A stretch of DNA of 64,000 nucleotides from Mobula hypostoma (lineage: Eukaryota), in the NCBI RefSeq assembly GCF_963921235.1, contig NC_086126.1, forward strand, positions 12,400,001 to 12,464,000. Direction: 5' to 3'. The notes under the pieces were generated by a model. That model saw only the letters and a program-made list of their open reading frames with translations. It was not told the DNA's origin and searched no databases. The translations under genes were made by a program, and so were the position numbers. Below, piece after piece: positions 11,470-23,079 of this stretch. Position 1 is the first letter of the stretch. Every line of letters starts with the position of its first letter.

Positions 11470-13609
11470 TCAGAGGAACGCGTCGCACCACTCCTTCAGG
11501 CAACGGTAGCAGTCCTCCGACTGTCTGTTGCCCGCGTAGCATACCTGTCTCATCCAGGTCTTGAAGACGGCCTTGTCCTGCTTCAGCAGCAAGAATTGGC
11601 CCAGCACGTCCTTGGCCTGCATCGGGAGGGAGCGGAGAACAGGAAAAGGCGTTAAACACGCGCGCACGCACACACAAAAACTCAGGAACTCAGCAGGTCA
11701 AGCAACATCTATCCACAAACTTCAGCTCGTTTCCAGGAGAACGGGGTTGAGATGGAAAATGAATCGGCCATCATTCAATGGCAGGCAGACTCGATGGGCC
11801 TAATTCTGCTCCTAAATCGTATGGTTGTGTACACTGGAATTTAGAAGGATGAGAGGGGATCTGATTGAAACATAGAAGATTATTAGGGAATTGGACCAGA
11901 GGCAGGAAACATGTTCCCGATGTTGGGGGAGTCCAGAACCAGAGGCCACAGTTTAAGAATAAGGGGTAGACCATTTAGAACGGAGTTGAGGAAAAACTTT
12001 TTCACACAGAGGGTTGTGGATCTGTGGAACGCTCTGCCTCAGAAGGCAGTGGAGGCCAATTCTCTGGATTCTTTCCAGAAAGAGTTAGATAGAGCTCTTA
12101 AAGATAACGGAGTGAAGGGAGATGGGGAGAAGGCAGGAAAAGGGTACTGATTGTGGATGATCAGCCATGATCACAGTGAATGGTGGTGCTGGCTCGAAGG
12201 GCCGAATGGCCTACTCCTGCACCTATTGTCTATTGTCATTTACTACATTTATCCCATTTTCCCCCTCAACTCTACCCCCACTCCCCCCCCCACCACCACC
12301 TACATAATTGGGGCAGCTTAGAATTTGCTCACCAGCTGTGGTCCAGTGTCCACGGACCGTAAGACCACCGATCGTCAGCACACTATCAGACCCTAGGGCT
12401 TGTGAGTAGCTCTCTTTCAGACCAGTGAAGTTCGGCGTGTTCCCTTCGACTGGTTTTTACTGAAAGCATCCTATCCGTATGGATCGTGGCTTGGCCTGGC
12501 AGCTGCCCGACCCGAGACCGAGACACCACAGAGAGTTGGGCACATCGCCACCCTTCACCCCCCCCCCACCCTCCACGGACTCTGTCTACGGTTCTCGCTG
12601 CCTCGGTAAAGCAGCCGGAATAATCAAAGAGCCCACCTCGGGACATTCTCCCTGCTCCCCCTAGGCAGAACAGGGTAGCATAGTACGGGCTGTTCAGGTC
12701 ACGATGTTAGCCCTTTCCTGCCCGCCACGCCGCCGGCGTTTCGGGCAGCGATGAAAGTCCTCCGACTCTGGCAACGTTCAGGGCTTCCTTCATCGTGTCA
12801 GTGGCTTCCCCTCGGTTTTCACTCCAGTCAGTCCCGGGTGGAGGCTCGGGAATACTGTCGCACTCAGATGGAGAATGATTCTTCACTGCTGTGTCCGTAA
12901 CAGTTTCGTCTGACCAGTCAGCGTTGTTGGCCCCGAACCTGGAGGACCGGCGGACCTCTCTCAGTCTGACCTCTCCCCTTTGACCTGGCATGGGTCAAGA
13001 GCCAAAGAGTCCGGCCAACGTAGCTCTCTGGTTCACTGAAGCAGGCAAGCCTCCAAACCTTACGACACAGTTGTAGTCCTCTCAGAGGCCATGATGTTCT
13101 ACAAACATTTTAACCTACTCTAGGATGAATCTAAGCCTTCCCTCCATTTCTCTGTCATCCATGGCGCTTCAAAGTCTCTTACAAGCGTGCACCGTGCTCC
13201 CACCACTCTGCGTAAGAAAAATCAACTTCCCTCCCGCCCCATATACTTGCCTCCAGTCACCTTAAAATTATTCCCTCTCATATTAGCCATTTCTGCCCTA
13301 GGGAAGGGTCACTGACCCTCCACTGTGTCTCTGCCTCTCCTCGCCCTATACACTCCTGCAACTACAAAAGCATCAGAGCGCGTCCCAGCAGGGGCAAGGA
13401 CAGCTTCCGTCCTGCTGTTAAATGACATGGTCCCCGACTGCGACAAAACTGATTCTCGTCCTTACGATCTACCTCCGCGTGGGATGGCTCCCTGATTGAC
13501 TGCCAACACAGCGCTTTCGGAATCGGTTTAATATCACCGGCATATGTTGTGAAATTTGTTAAATTTGCGGCAGCAGCACAATGCAAGACATGATCATAGA
13601 GTAAGTACG

Positions 13610-13652
<43 letters not shown>

Positions 13653-16600
13653 AATAAACAGAGCAAAAAATAGGAAATAAAAAAGTAGTGAGGTAGTGTT
13701 CATGGGTTCAATGTCCATTCAGAAATCGGATGGCAGAGGGGAATAACCTGTTCCTGAATCCTGGGTGTGTGCCTTCAGGCTCCTGTACCTCCTCCCTGAT
13801 GGTAACATCAGCCCATAAAACACAGGAGCAGAATTAGGCCATTTGGCCCATCGAGTCTGCTCCAACATTCAATCATGGCTGATCCTTCTTTCCCCTCCTC
13901 AGCCCCAGTTCCCGGCCTTCTCCCCGTAACCTTTGATGCCGTGTCCAATCAAGAACCTATCAAGCTCTGCCTTAAATACACCCAATAACCTGGCCTCCAC
14001 AGCTGCCTGTGGCAAGAAATTCCACAAATTCACCTCCCCCTGGTGAAAGAAATTTCTCCCCATCTCTGTTTTAAATGGACGCCCCTCTATCCTGAGGTTG
14101 TGCCCTCTTGTCCTAGACTCCCCCACCATGGGAAACATCCTTTCCACATTTACTCTGTCTAGGCCTTTCAACATTTGAAAGGTTTCAATGAGATCCCCCC
14201 TCATCCTTCTGAATTCCAGCGAGTACAGACCCAGAGCTTCCAAATGTTCCTTGTATAATAACCCTTTCATTCCTGGAATCATCCTTGTGAACCTCCTCTG
14301 GGCCCTCTCCAATGCCAGCACATCTTTTCTAGGATGAGGGGCCCAAAACTGTTCACAATACTCCAGGTGAGGCCTCACCAGTGCCTTATAAAGCCCCAGT
14401 TTCACATCCCTGCTCTTGTATTCTCGACCTCTTGAAATGAATTCTAACATTGCATTTGCCTTCCTCACCACTGACTCAACAATGAGAAGAGGGCATGTCC
14501 TGGGTGGTGGGGGTCCTTAATGACGGACGCCGCCTTTCTGAGGCATCGCTCCTTGAAGATGTCCTGGATACGACGGAGGCTGGTGTCCATGATGGAACTG
14601 ACTGAGTTTACAACTCTCTGCAGCTTGTTTCGATCCTGTGCAGTAGCCCCCCCCCCCTCCCCAATGTCAGATGGTGATATGGCTGGACGGCAGTCTCTGT
14701 AACTGTAACACTTTGTGGTGATTTTCCCTCCCTGTAGCTCGATGTACTGCTGTTACGCGATCATCAGCATGGTCGGCAGGTAAAATAAAGCCTTTCACTG
14801 TGCCGCAGAAATGGAGCCGTAGAGAACTCTAGCTCTGAAATGGGCCCTGCCCAGCCGATCTTCTGCCCCGGCCCCTTGACCTGCAACCCGGGCCATAGCC
14901 CTCCATCCCCCTCCCATCCATCGACCTATCCGAACTTCTCCTTAAGTAAAAAGGTTACATTCCCCACTTGCCCTGGCAGCGCGCCCCCGCCCTCTGAGCG
15001 AAGCATTTTCCCCTCAGGTTCCCCCTTAAATATCTCACCCGGCACCCTCAAACCACGAGCTGTAAGTTCTTGTCTGACCTGACCCCAGTCGGAAGCGCCT
15101 GCTTGCATTGACCATTGTGTGAACGTTTCGGTAACATTTGAGTGGTCTTGGATATATGCTGTTTGAGTAAGCATTCTTGTTCGTTTAAATAATTTATTAC
15201 GGGTAATATGTATAAACAGGCGGATTGCGTACGTCATCACGCTACCACGTGGTACGTGCGCGCCTCGCTTGAAGTCAACACAAAAGTTAGACCCCCGTTA
15301 CCGGACACCCGTGTCTTCCTGTGAATTAGTTTAATGTTACAAAGCGTTACACCCTCTGGATACCTCGATCGAATCTCCCCTCATCCTGTGTCCCAGGAAA
15401 TAAGATCCACCTTTCCCGGTAGCTCAGGTCTCACGTCCCGGCAACATCCTTGTAAAATTTCTCTGCGCCCTTTCAATCTCATTGACATCTTTGCTGTCGG
15501 TCGGTGACCGGAACTACACACAATACTCCAAATTAGGTCCCGTCCACGTCTTGTGGAACGTCAACATCACACCTCATTATTTAGTTCATCACAATAATAA
15601 ATCAGTTCTCTAATTTAACTCATTATTGCTCAGCCCCCACAACAAGGTTTGGTTTTTGTGAAGGATTTTAGGGTTTCTCAGATGGGAGACGAGAGGGCGT
15701 ACAGGAGCGGGATGTACCAGCTGGTGGAGCGGTGCCCCAGCAACAACCTGGCACTCAACTTCAGTAAGACCAAAGAGCTGATTGTGGACTTCAGGAAGGG
15801 TAAGATGCGGGGACACGTACCAATCCTCACAGAGGGATCAGAGGTGGAGAGAGTGAGCAGCTTCAAGTTCCTGGGGTTCAACATCTCTGAGGATCTAACC
15901 TGGTCCCAACATATCGATGCAACTACAAGGAAGGCACGACAGCAGCTATATTTCATTAGGAGTTTGAGGAGATTTGCTTTGTCACCTAAAACACTCGCCA
16001 ATTTCTACAGATGTACCGTGGAGAGCATTCTGACCATTTGGTATGGGGGTGCGGTGGGGGCTACTGCACAGGATTGGAAGAAGCTACAGAGAGTTGTAAA
16101 CTCAGTCAGCTCCATCATGGGTACCAGCCTCCATGGTATCCGGGACATCTTCAAGGAGCGGTACCTTATTAAGGACCCCCACCACCCAGGACATGCCTTG
16201 TTCTCATTGTCACCATCAGGGAGGAGGTACAGAAGCCGGAAAGCACACACTCAACGATTCAGGAACAGCTTCTTCCCCTCTGCCATCCGGTTTCTCAATA
16301 TACATTGAACACATGAACACTACTTCACTTTTTAAAAAAAATTCTACTTATTTAATTTAACTATTGAATTTACATGTACTTACTGTAATTCACAATTATT
16401 TTCTATATTATTATTTTCTTCTATTGTGCTGCTGCCACAAAGACAACAAATTTCACAACATGTGCCGGTGATATTAACCTGCTTCTGATTCTAATGTCGT
16501 CCTTGCCAATCCCGGCCCCTTGGATCAGAGGGAGGAGCCATTCCCCAACCACCGCCACCCCCCCCCTCCCGTCTCCACCCCTCTCACCTTGCAGAAGCCC

Positions 16601-18902
16601 TTCTCCTCCAGGCGGCCCCCGAGGACCAGTCCGATTCCAGCCAGCTCCCTGACGGACTTCTCCTTCATCGGTTCCAGCACAAAGTTCTTGTGCTTCTGCG
16701 ACGTCGTGGCGACGGGGTGGAGAAGAGTTTTCTCTGGGAGGAAACACGAAGATGTCATTATCAGCGGGGTGTAAGGACCCCGGGGCCTGACTGGCTGCAT
16801 CACAACCTGGTATGGGAACACCAGCGCCTTTGAACAGAAAATCCTACAAAAGGGCGGTGGGTTCGGCCCAGTACATCACCGGTTACCATTGAGCACATCT
16901 ACGTGAAACGCTGTCATAGGAAAGCAGCGTCCATCAACAGAGATCCCCACAACCCAGGCCGTGCTCTCTTCTCGCTGCTGCCATCAGGTAGAAGGTACAA
17001 GAGCCTCAGGACTCGCACCACCAGGTTCAGGAACAGTTACTACCCCTCAACCATCAGGCTCCTGAACAAAAGAGGGTAACTACACTCACTTGCCCATCCA
17101 TTGAGATGTTCCCTCAACCAATGATCTCACTTTACGGACTCTTTATCTCATGTTCTCGTTATTTATTGCAATTTCTTTATATTTGCATTTGCACAGTTAG
17201 TTGTCTTCTGCACTCTGGTTGATCTTTCATTGATCCTGTTTACAGTTACTATTCTATAGATTTGCTGAGTATGCCCGCAGGAAAATGGATCTCGGGGGTG
17301 TACGTATATGATGAGGTATATCTACTTTGAGAAGACACAGCACAGCCCCTGCTTCATTAGGAGTATGAGGAGATTCGGAGTGACTCCAAAGACTCCTTGT
17401 AAGTTTCTGCAGATGTTCCACGGAGAGTATCCTGTCTGGTTTGGACCCACCTCCCTTAGAGAACAGGGTCAGAAAAAGCTGCAGAGAGCTGTAAATTCAC
17501 CCTGTTCATGCCCCCCCCCCACCATCGAGGACATCTTCAAGTGGCGATTTCTCCATCGTTAAGGACCCCCACCACCCAGGACATGCCCTCTTCTCATTGC
17601 TACCATCAGGGAGGAGGCGCAGGAGTCTCAACATTTTAGGTACAGCTTCTTCCCCTCCGCCACCAGATTTCTAAACAGTCCATGGGCTGGCCACATACTT
17701 TGCACAGCCGACATTGATCTACGCATAATTAGCCAGTCGGCAAAGTCCAATAAGAAGAAGTTAGGATTAAACAGAGTGGCCATTGTGTGAGTGGGGAGTT
17801 GAGGCTTTGGCGAGAAGAGCAGTTTTTTTCTTTCTTATTACACATTTAGTGCAGTGGAGATGCCAGACGGGATAGCGGAATGCTTGGGGGATGTGGGAAG
17901 GCAGGGAGACCTCCAGTGTCCCTGATATCTACAGCTGCAAGAGGTTCATCCAGCTGCAGCTTCTAACAGTCCGTGTCAAGGAGTTGGAGCTGGAAATGGA
18001 TGAACTCCGGATCGGTCGGGAGGCTGAGGAGGTAGCTACACCCAAGGTGCAGGACACAGGGCAAAGAGTGGAACTTTCGCTCTGCATTTCTCACTGGACA
18101 GGTCAGAAGGAGTTTTACCCTGAATCTTATCCCAGGAGTGTGTGATGGGATAGTGTAAGAGAGCGCCATCTAGTGTCCGACCCTGGGAGTGTGTGATGGG
18201 ACAGTGTAGAGAGATCGCCATCTAGTGTCCGGCCCTGGGAGTGTGTGATGGGACAGTGTAGAGAGATCGCCATCTAGTGTCCTTTCCTGAGAGTGTGTAA
18301 TGGGATTGTGTATAAAGGGAGCTTCAGTCTGTGTCTGACCCCAGGTGTGTGTGATGGGACGGTGTAGATGGAGCTTCACTCTGTATCTGACCCCGGGAGT
18401 GTGTGATGGGACGGTGTGGAGGGATCTTCACTCTGTGTCTGACCCCGGGGGTGTGTGATGGGACGGTGTAGAGGGAGCTTCACTCTGTGTCTGACCCCGG
18501 GAGTGTGTGATGGGACGGTGTAGAGGGAGCTTCACTCTGTGTCTGACCCCGGGAGTGTGTGATGAGACGGTGTAGAGGGAGCTTCACTCTGTGTCTGACC
18601 CCGGGAGTGTGTGATGGGACGGTGTAGAGGGTGTTTCACTCTGTGTCTGACCCCGGGAGTGTGTGATGAGACGGTGTAGAGGGAGCTTCACTCTGTGTCT
18701 GACCCCGGGAGTGAGTGATGGGACGGTGTAGAGGGAGTTTCACTCTGTGCCTGACCCCCGGGAGTGTGGCAGACACTCCGGACGGTGCGGAGCGAGCGCC
18801 ATCTAGTGTCCAAGGAGCAAACAGAAGTGACAAACTCCTCCCGAACACTCACTCACCTTTATCCAAGTTTTCATGATTGATAATAGAAGTTCGCAATTCC
18901 AT
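11470..18902 (-). CDS. Barrier-to-autointegration factor-like paralog, 112 aa with a 23-aa N-terminal extension
   Basis: Exons 18902-18857 (gag[19 protein letters not shown], phase-1 AAG|gtgagt donor), 16733-16588 (after cccag; [14 protein letters not shown]...AGIG...GFCK|gtgaga) and 11616-11470 ([12 protein letters not shown]...EWCDAFL*). AATAAA on the - strand at 11341-11336. 55 of 89 core residues identical to the neighbouring BANF1 by manual alignment. Confidence 0.85.
11830..12237 (+). mobile_element. CR1 3' end fragment
   Basis: [10 protein letters not shown]...FFTQRVV.LWN.LP motif and a (TATTGTC) tail. Confidence 0.85.
13617..13650. repeat. (GT)n microsatellite
   Basis: Visible directly in the sequence. 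Confidence 0.95.
13810..14480 (-). mobile_element. CR1 3' fragment
   Basis: ORF 13899-14471 contains [12 protein letters not shown] and RFTRMIPG. Confidence 0.9.
15660..16500 (+). mobile_element. Rex1/Babar-like LINE RT C-terminal fragment
   Basis: [37 protein letters not shown] and [12 protein letters not shown]; related pieces at about 14480-14650, 16785-17300 and 17330-17680. Confidence 0.8.
17720..18060 (+). mobile_element. CR1 ORF1 fragment (zinc finger/coiled coil)
   Basis: MWE...[24 protein letters not shown] resembles the ORF1 at 29489-29926. Confidence 0.65.
18131..18811. repeat. 52-bp minisatellite array in intron 1 of the BAF paralog
   Basis: Unit gggagcttcactctgtgtctgaccccgggagtgtgtgatgggacggtgtaga; period of 52 verified (18481 to 18533). 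Confidence 0.95.
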
Positions 18903-19299
18903 CTCGGGCTGCTAGCGAACTGCGCTTGTCTCCGCTTCCTTCGTCTCTGCTGCTTTGAAGCGGGACGCGTCGAGGGGAAGGCAGCCCAGACTGTCACAAA
19001 GGTGAGCCTTTGTGACCTGACCAACAGCTGCTGGGGGACCAGGCCCACTGTGACGTCCCGCGTCTGTCAGTGGAGGACGGGGGAGGGGAGGCGGGGGGTT
19101 GTGTCAGACTGCCAGGGCTCGTCTCCCCCGCTCTCCGGGGACAGATTTTCTGCGCTGGTGGGCCCGGAATTTATTCGCACAAGGGGCGATGAATCTCCGG
19201 AGTCCTCAACACAAGTCGGAACTGTGATCGTTGGAGCACAGGAGACCAGGCTCGATGGGCTGAATGGCCGAATTCTGCTCCAGCGGTCTTGTAGAAAGT

Positions 19300-19520
19300 A
19301 GAGGGTGGGGCGTTACCATGGCGGTCAGCGTAACGCTTCACAGCGCCAGCAATCGGGGTTCAAATCCTGTCTCCGTCAGTAAAGAGACGGCAACCCCTCC
19401 CTCCCCCGACTGCATTGAGTTCCTCCGGGCGCCCGGGTTTCCTCCCAATTTGCAAGCGCATACGGGTTAGGCTTAGTGAGTTGCGGGCACGCTATGGTAG
19501 CGCCAGAAGTGCGACGGCAC
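19300..19520 (+). mobile_element. tRNA-derived SINE (V-SINE/HE1-like), degenerate
   Basis: B-box-like GGTTCAAATCC followed by a V-domain-like ttcctccgggcg...ggtttcctccc segment. Confidence 0.55.
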
Positions 19521-19584
19521 TCGATCTCGGGCCTGAAACGTCGACTGTTTACTCCTTTCCGCAGACGCTGCGGGTGAACAAACA

Positions 19585-20135
19585 TAACATAGAACATAGA
19601 ATAGCACAGCACAGTACAGGCCCTTCGGCCCACAATGTTGTGCCGACCCTTAAACCCTGCCTCCCATATAAGCCCCCACCTTAGATTCCTCCATATACCT
19701 GTCTAGTAGTCTCTTAAACTTCACGAGTGTATCTGCCTCCACCACGGACTCAGGCAGTGCATTCCACGCACCAACCACTCTCTGAGTAAAAAACCTTCCT
19801 CTAATATCCCCCTTGAACTTCCCAGCCCTTACCTTAAAGCCATGTCCCCTTGTATTGAGCAGTGGTGCCCTGGGGAAGAGGCGCTGGCTATCCACTCTAT
19901 CTATTCCTCTTAATATCGTGTACACCTCTATCATGTCTCCTCTCATCCTCCTTCTCTCCAAAGAGTAAAGCCCTAGCTCCCTTAATCTCTGATCATAATG
20001 CATACTCTCTAAACCAGGCAGCATCCTGGTAAATCTCCTCTGTACCCTTTCCAATGCTTCCACATCCTTCCCATAGTGAGGTGACCAGAACTGAGCACAG
20101 TACTCCCAAGTGTGGCCTAACCAGAGTTTTATAGA
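19585..20135 (-). mobile_element. Young CR1 3' fragment, near-identical to 5150-5703
   Basis: ORF 19650-20063 is almost identical to ORF 5094-5636 and has the same tail. Confidence 0.92.
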
Positions 20136-20324
20136 GTTGTCTCCTCATCTGCTCCTCGATGTCCCTGTTACTATTGCGTGGTCTATAAAAAGCACCCAGT
20201 AGAGTTATTGACCCCTTCCTGATCCTAACTTCCAACCACAGAGACTCTGGAGACAATCCTGCCATGACTTCCTCCTTCTCTGCAGCCGTGACACTATCTC
20301 TGAGCAGCACGAGACGCTAGACAC

Positions 20325-21015
20325 TAGAATACTACAGCACAGTACAGGCTCTTCGGCCCTCGATGTCGTGCCGACCCATATATTCCTTTTAAAAAAGTAC
20401 TAAACCCACACTTCCCCGTAACCCTCTATTTTTCTTTCATCCATGTGCCTGTCCAAGAAGCTCTTAAATACCCCTAATGTTTTAGTCTCCACCACCATCC
20501 CTGGCAAGTCATTCCAGGCACCCACAACCCTCTGTGTAAAAAACATACCCCTGATGTCTCCCCTAAACTTCTCTCCCTTAACTTTGTACATATGCCCTCT
20601 GGTGTTTGCTATTCGTGCCCTAGGAAACAGGTACTGGCTATCCACACTACCTATGCCTCTCATAATCTTGTAGCCCTCTGTCAAGTCTCCTCTCATCCTT
20701 CTACGCTCCAAAGAGAAAAGTCCCAGCTCTGCTAACCTTGCCTCATACGACTTGTTTTCCAATCCAGGCAACGTCCTGGTAAATCTCCTCTGCACCCTCT
20801 CCATAGCTTCCACATCCTTCCTATAATGAGGTGACCAGAACTGAACACAATACTCTAAGTGTGGTCTCACCAGAGATTTGTCGAGTTGCAACATGACCTC
20901 TCTTCTCTTGAACTCAATCCCCCTATTAATGAAACCTAGCATCCCATAGGCCTTCTTAACTTTCCTATCAAACTGCGCAGTGACCTTGAGGGATGTATGA
21001 ATTTGAACCCCAAGG
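20325..21015 (-). mobile_element. CR1 3' fragment
   Basis: ORF 20400-21032 carries RT C-terminal motifs. Confidence 0.9.
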
Positions 21016-21359
21016 TCCCCCTGCTCATCCACACTCTTAACAGTGCCACATCCTCACCTCTTTTGCCTCCCTGCCTATCCTTTCTGAAACACCTAAAGCT
21101 TGGTACTCGAAGTAACCATTCCTGCCCCCGAGCCATCCAAGTCTCTGTAATGGCCACAACATCATGGCTCCACGCTCTAAGCCCGTCTGCTTTGTTCATG
21201 GGGCCTCCAGCATTGTGTGTGTTTGGCCTTGGATTTCCAGCATCTGCAGATTTTCTCTTGTTTCTGACAGTCTCCACCCAGGTGGCATGAACATCAATTT
21301 CTCTAAATCCCAGTAACGACTCAATTCAATCTAATTCAAGTCTGGTTGTCATTCAATCA

Positions 21360-22740
21360 TAGATGAATACGTTAGCATCCATTTCAAGAGATCTGGAATA
21401 CAAGACGGATGTGGTGCTGACGCTTCGAAAGGCACTGGTGAGGCCTCATCTTGAGTATTATGAACAGTTTTGGTCTCCTCATCTAAGAAAAGATGTGCTG
21501 GCATTGGAGAGGGTTCAGAGCAGGTTCACAAGGGTGATTCCAGGAATATTTAATGGTTATCATACTAGGAACGTTTGATAGCTTTGGGTCGGTACTCACT
21601 GGAATTTAGAAGGATGAGGGGGGGATCTCATTGAAATGTTTCAAATGTTTAAAGGCCTAGGCAAAGTAGATGTGGAAAGGATGTTTCCCATGGTGGGGGA
21701 GTCTTGGACAAGAGGGCACAGCCTCAGGATAGAGGGGCGCCCTTTCAAAACAGAGATGCAGAAAAATTTTTCGCCAGAGGCTGGTGTACTTGTGGAATGT
21801 ATTACCAAACGTGCTGTGAAAGCCATGTTGTTGGGCAGAGATTGACAGGTTCTTGATTGGACACAGCCTCAAAAGTTATGGGGAGAAGGCTGGGGAGTGG
21901 GGCTGTGGAGGGGGAGGAAAGGATCAGTCATGATTAAATGGCAAAGCAGACTCGATGGGCCAAATGGCCTAATTCTGCTCCTATGTTTTATGGTCTTATG
22001 AATTCTGACACACACAGCCAGACAAGCAAACAGTGTTACTCCAGGGTCAAAATGCAAAATGCAGTACCAACAGTCTCACACACACACACACACACACACA
22101 CGCAAGAGAACAAGCACTTGTACGATATCAGTAAAATAGAGCCACACATGAAAAAAAATAGTCCAGACCCTGAGCCCATGAATGCAGCAGAAATTGGTGA
22201 GGCCGAATCTGGAGTATTATGCTAAATTTTGGTCACCAAATTACAGGAAGGATATAAATAAGGTTGAAGGAGTGCAGAGAAGGTTTACAAGGATGTTGCC
22301 GGGACTTGAGAAACTCAGTTACAGAGAAAGGTTGAATAGGTTAGGACTTTATTCCCTGGAGCGTAGAAGAACGAGGGGAGATTTGATAGAGGTATATAAA
22401 ATTATGATGGGTATAGATAGAGTGAATGCAAACAGGCTATTTCCACTGAGGCAAGGGGAGAAAAAAAACAGAGGACATGGGTTGGGGTGAAGGGGGAAAA
22501 ATTTAAAGGGAACATTGGGGGGGGCTTCTTCACACAGAGAGTGGTGGGAGTGTGGAATGAGCTGCCAGACGAGGTGGTAAATGCGGGTTCTTTTTTAACA
22601 TTGAAGTATAAATTGGACAGATACATGGATGGGAGGTGTATGGAGGGATATGGTCAATGGCACTAGGCTGAGAATAGTTCGGAACAGCCAAGAAGGGCCA
22701 AAAGGCCTGTTTCTGTGCTGTAGTTTTTCTATGGTTTCTA
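21360..22740 (+). mobile_element. Two CR1 3' fragments separated by a (CA)n tract
   Basis: VRPHLEYY and VRPNLEYY motifs with 3' UTRs at about 21360-21980 and 22190-22740. Confidence 0.8.
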
Positions 22741-22756
22741 AATCGGTAGTGAACCA

Positions 22757-22988
22757 CAAACAACAGGAATTCTGCAGATGCTGGAAATTCAAGCAACACA
22801 CATCAAAGTTGCTGGTGAACGCAGCGGGCCAGGCAGCATCTCTAGGAAGAGGTACAGTCGGCGAAGGGTCTCGGCCTGAAACGTCGACTGTACATCTTCC
22901 TACAGGTGCTGCCTGGCCTGCTGCGTTCACCAGCAACTTTGATGTGTGTTGCTTGAATTTCCAGCATCTGCAGAATTCCTGTTGTTTG
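22757..22988. mobile_element. 232-bp fold-back mini-element made of two inverted Penelope pLTR ends
   Basis: 104-bp arms (22757-22860 and 22885-22988) around a 24-nt loop; flanking direct repeat TGAACCACAA. Confidence 0.85.
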
Positions 22989-23020
22989 AACCACAATACA
23001 TCTTGTTTTCTGCTGAGCAA

Positions 23021-23079
23021 ACACTAGGGGGCAGCACCGACTCCAGCCCGGGTGCCGTGCCACACCGCCCCCTAGTGGA
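23021..23079. promoter_or_regulatory. Pair of oppositely oriented CTCF-like motifs
   Basis: ACACTAGGGGGCAGCA (+, 23021-23036) and TCCACTAGGGGGCGG (-, 23079-23065). Confidence 0.55.

Noticed and set aside
16700-16715. Non-AUG (gtcgccACG) start or pseudogene status for the BAF paralog
   Set aside because: An upstream exon supplies an in-frame ATG with consensus splice sites, which is the simpler explanation.
11470-18902. Calling the paralog BANF2 (BAF-L)
   Set aside because: It keeps BANF1-type TSQKH, LAGIG and WCDAFL motifs and lies in tandem with BANF1; a phylogeny is needed before naming it.
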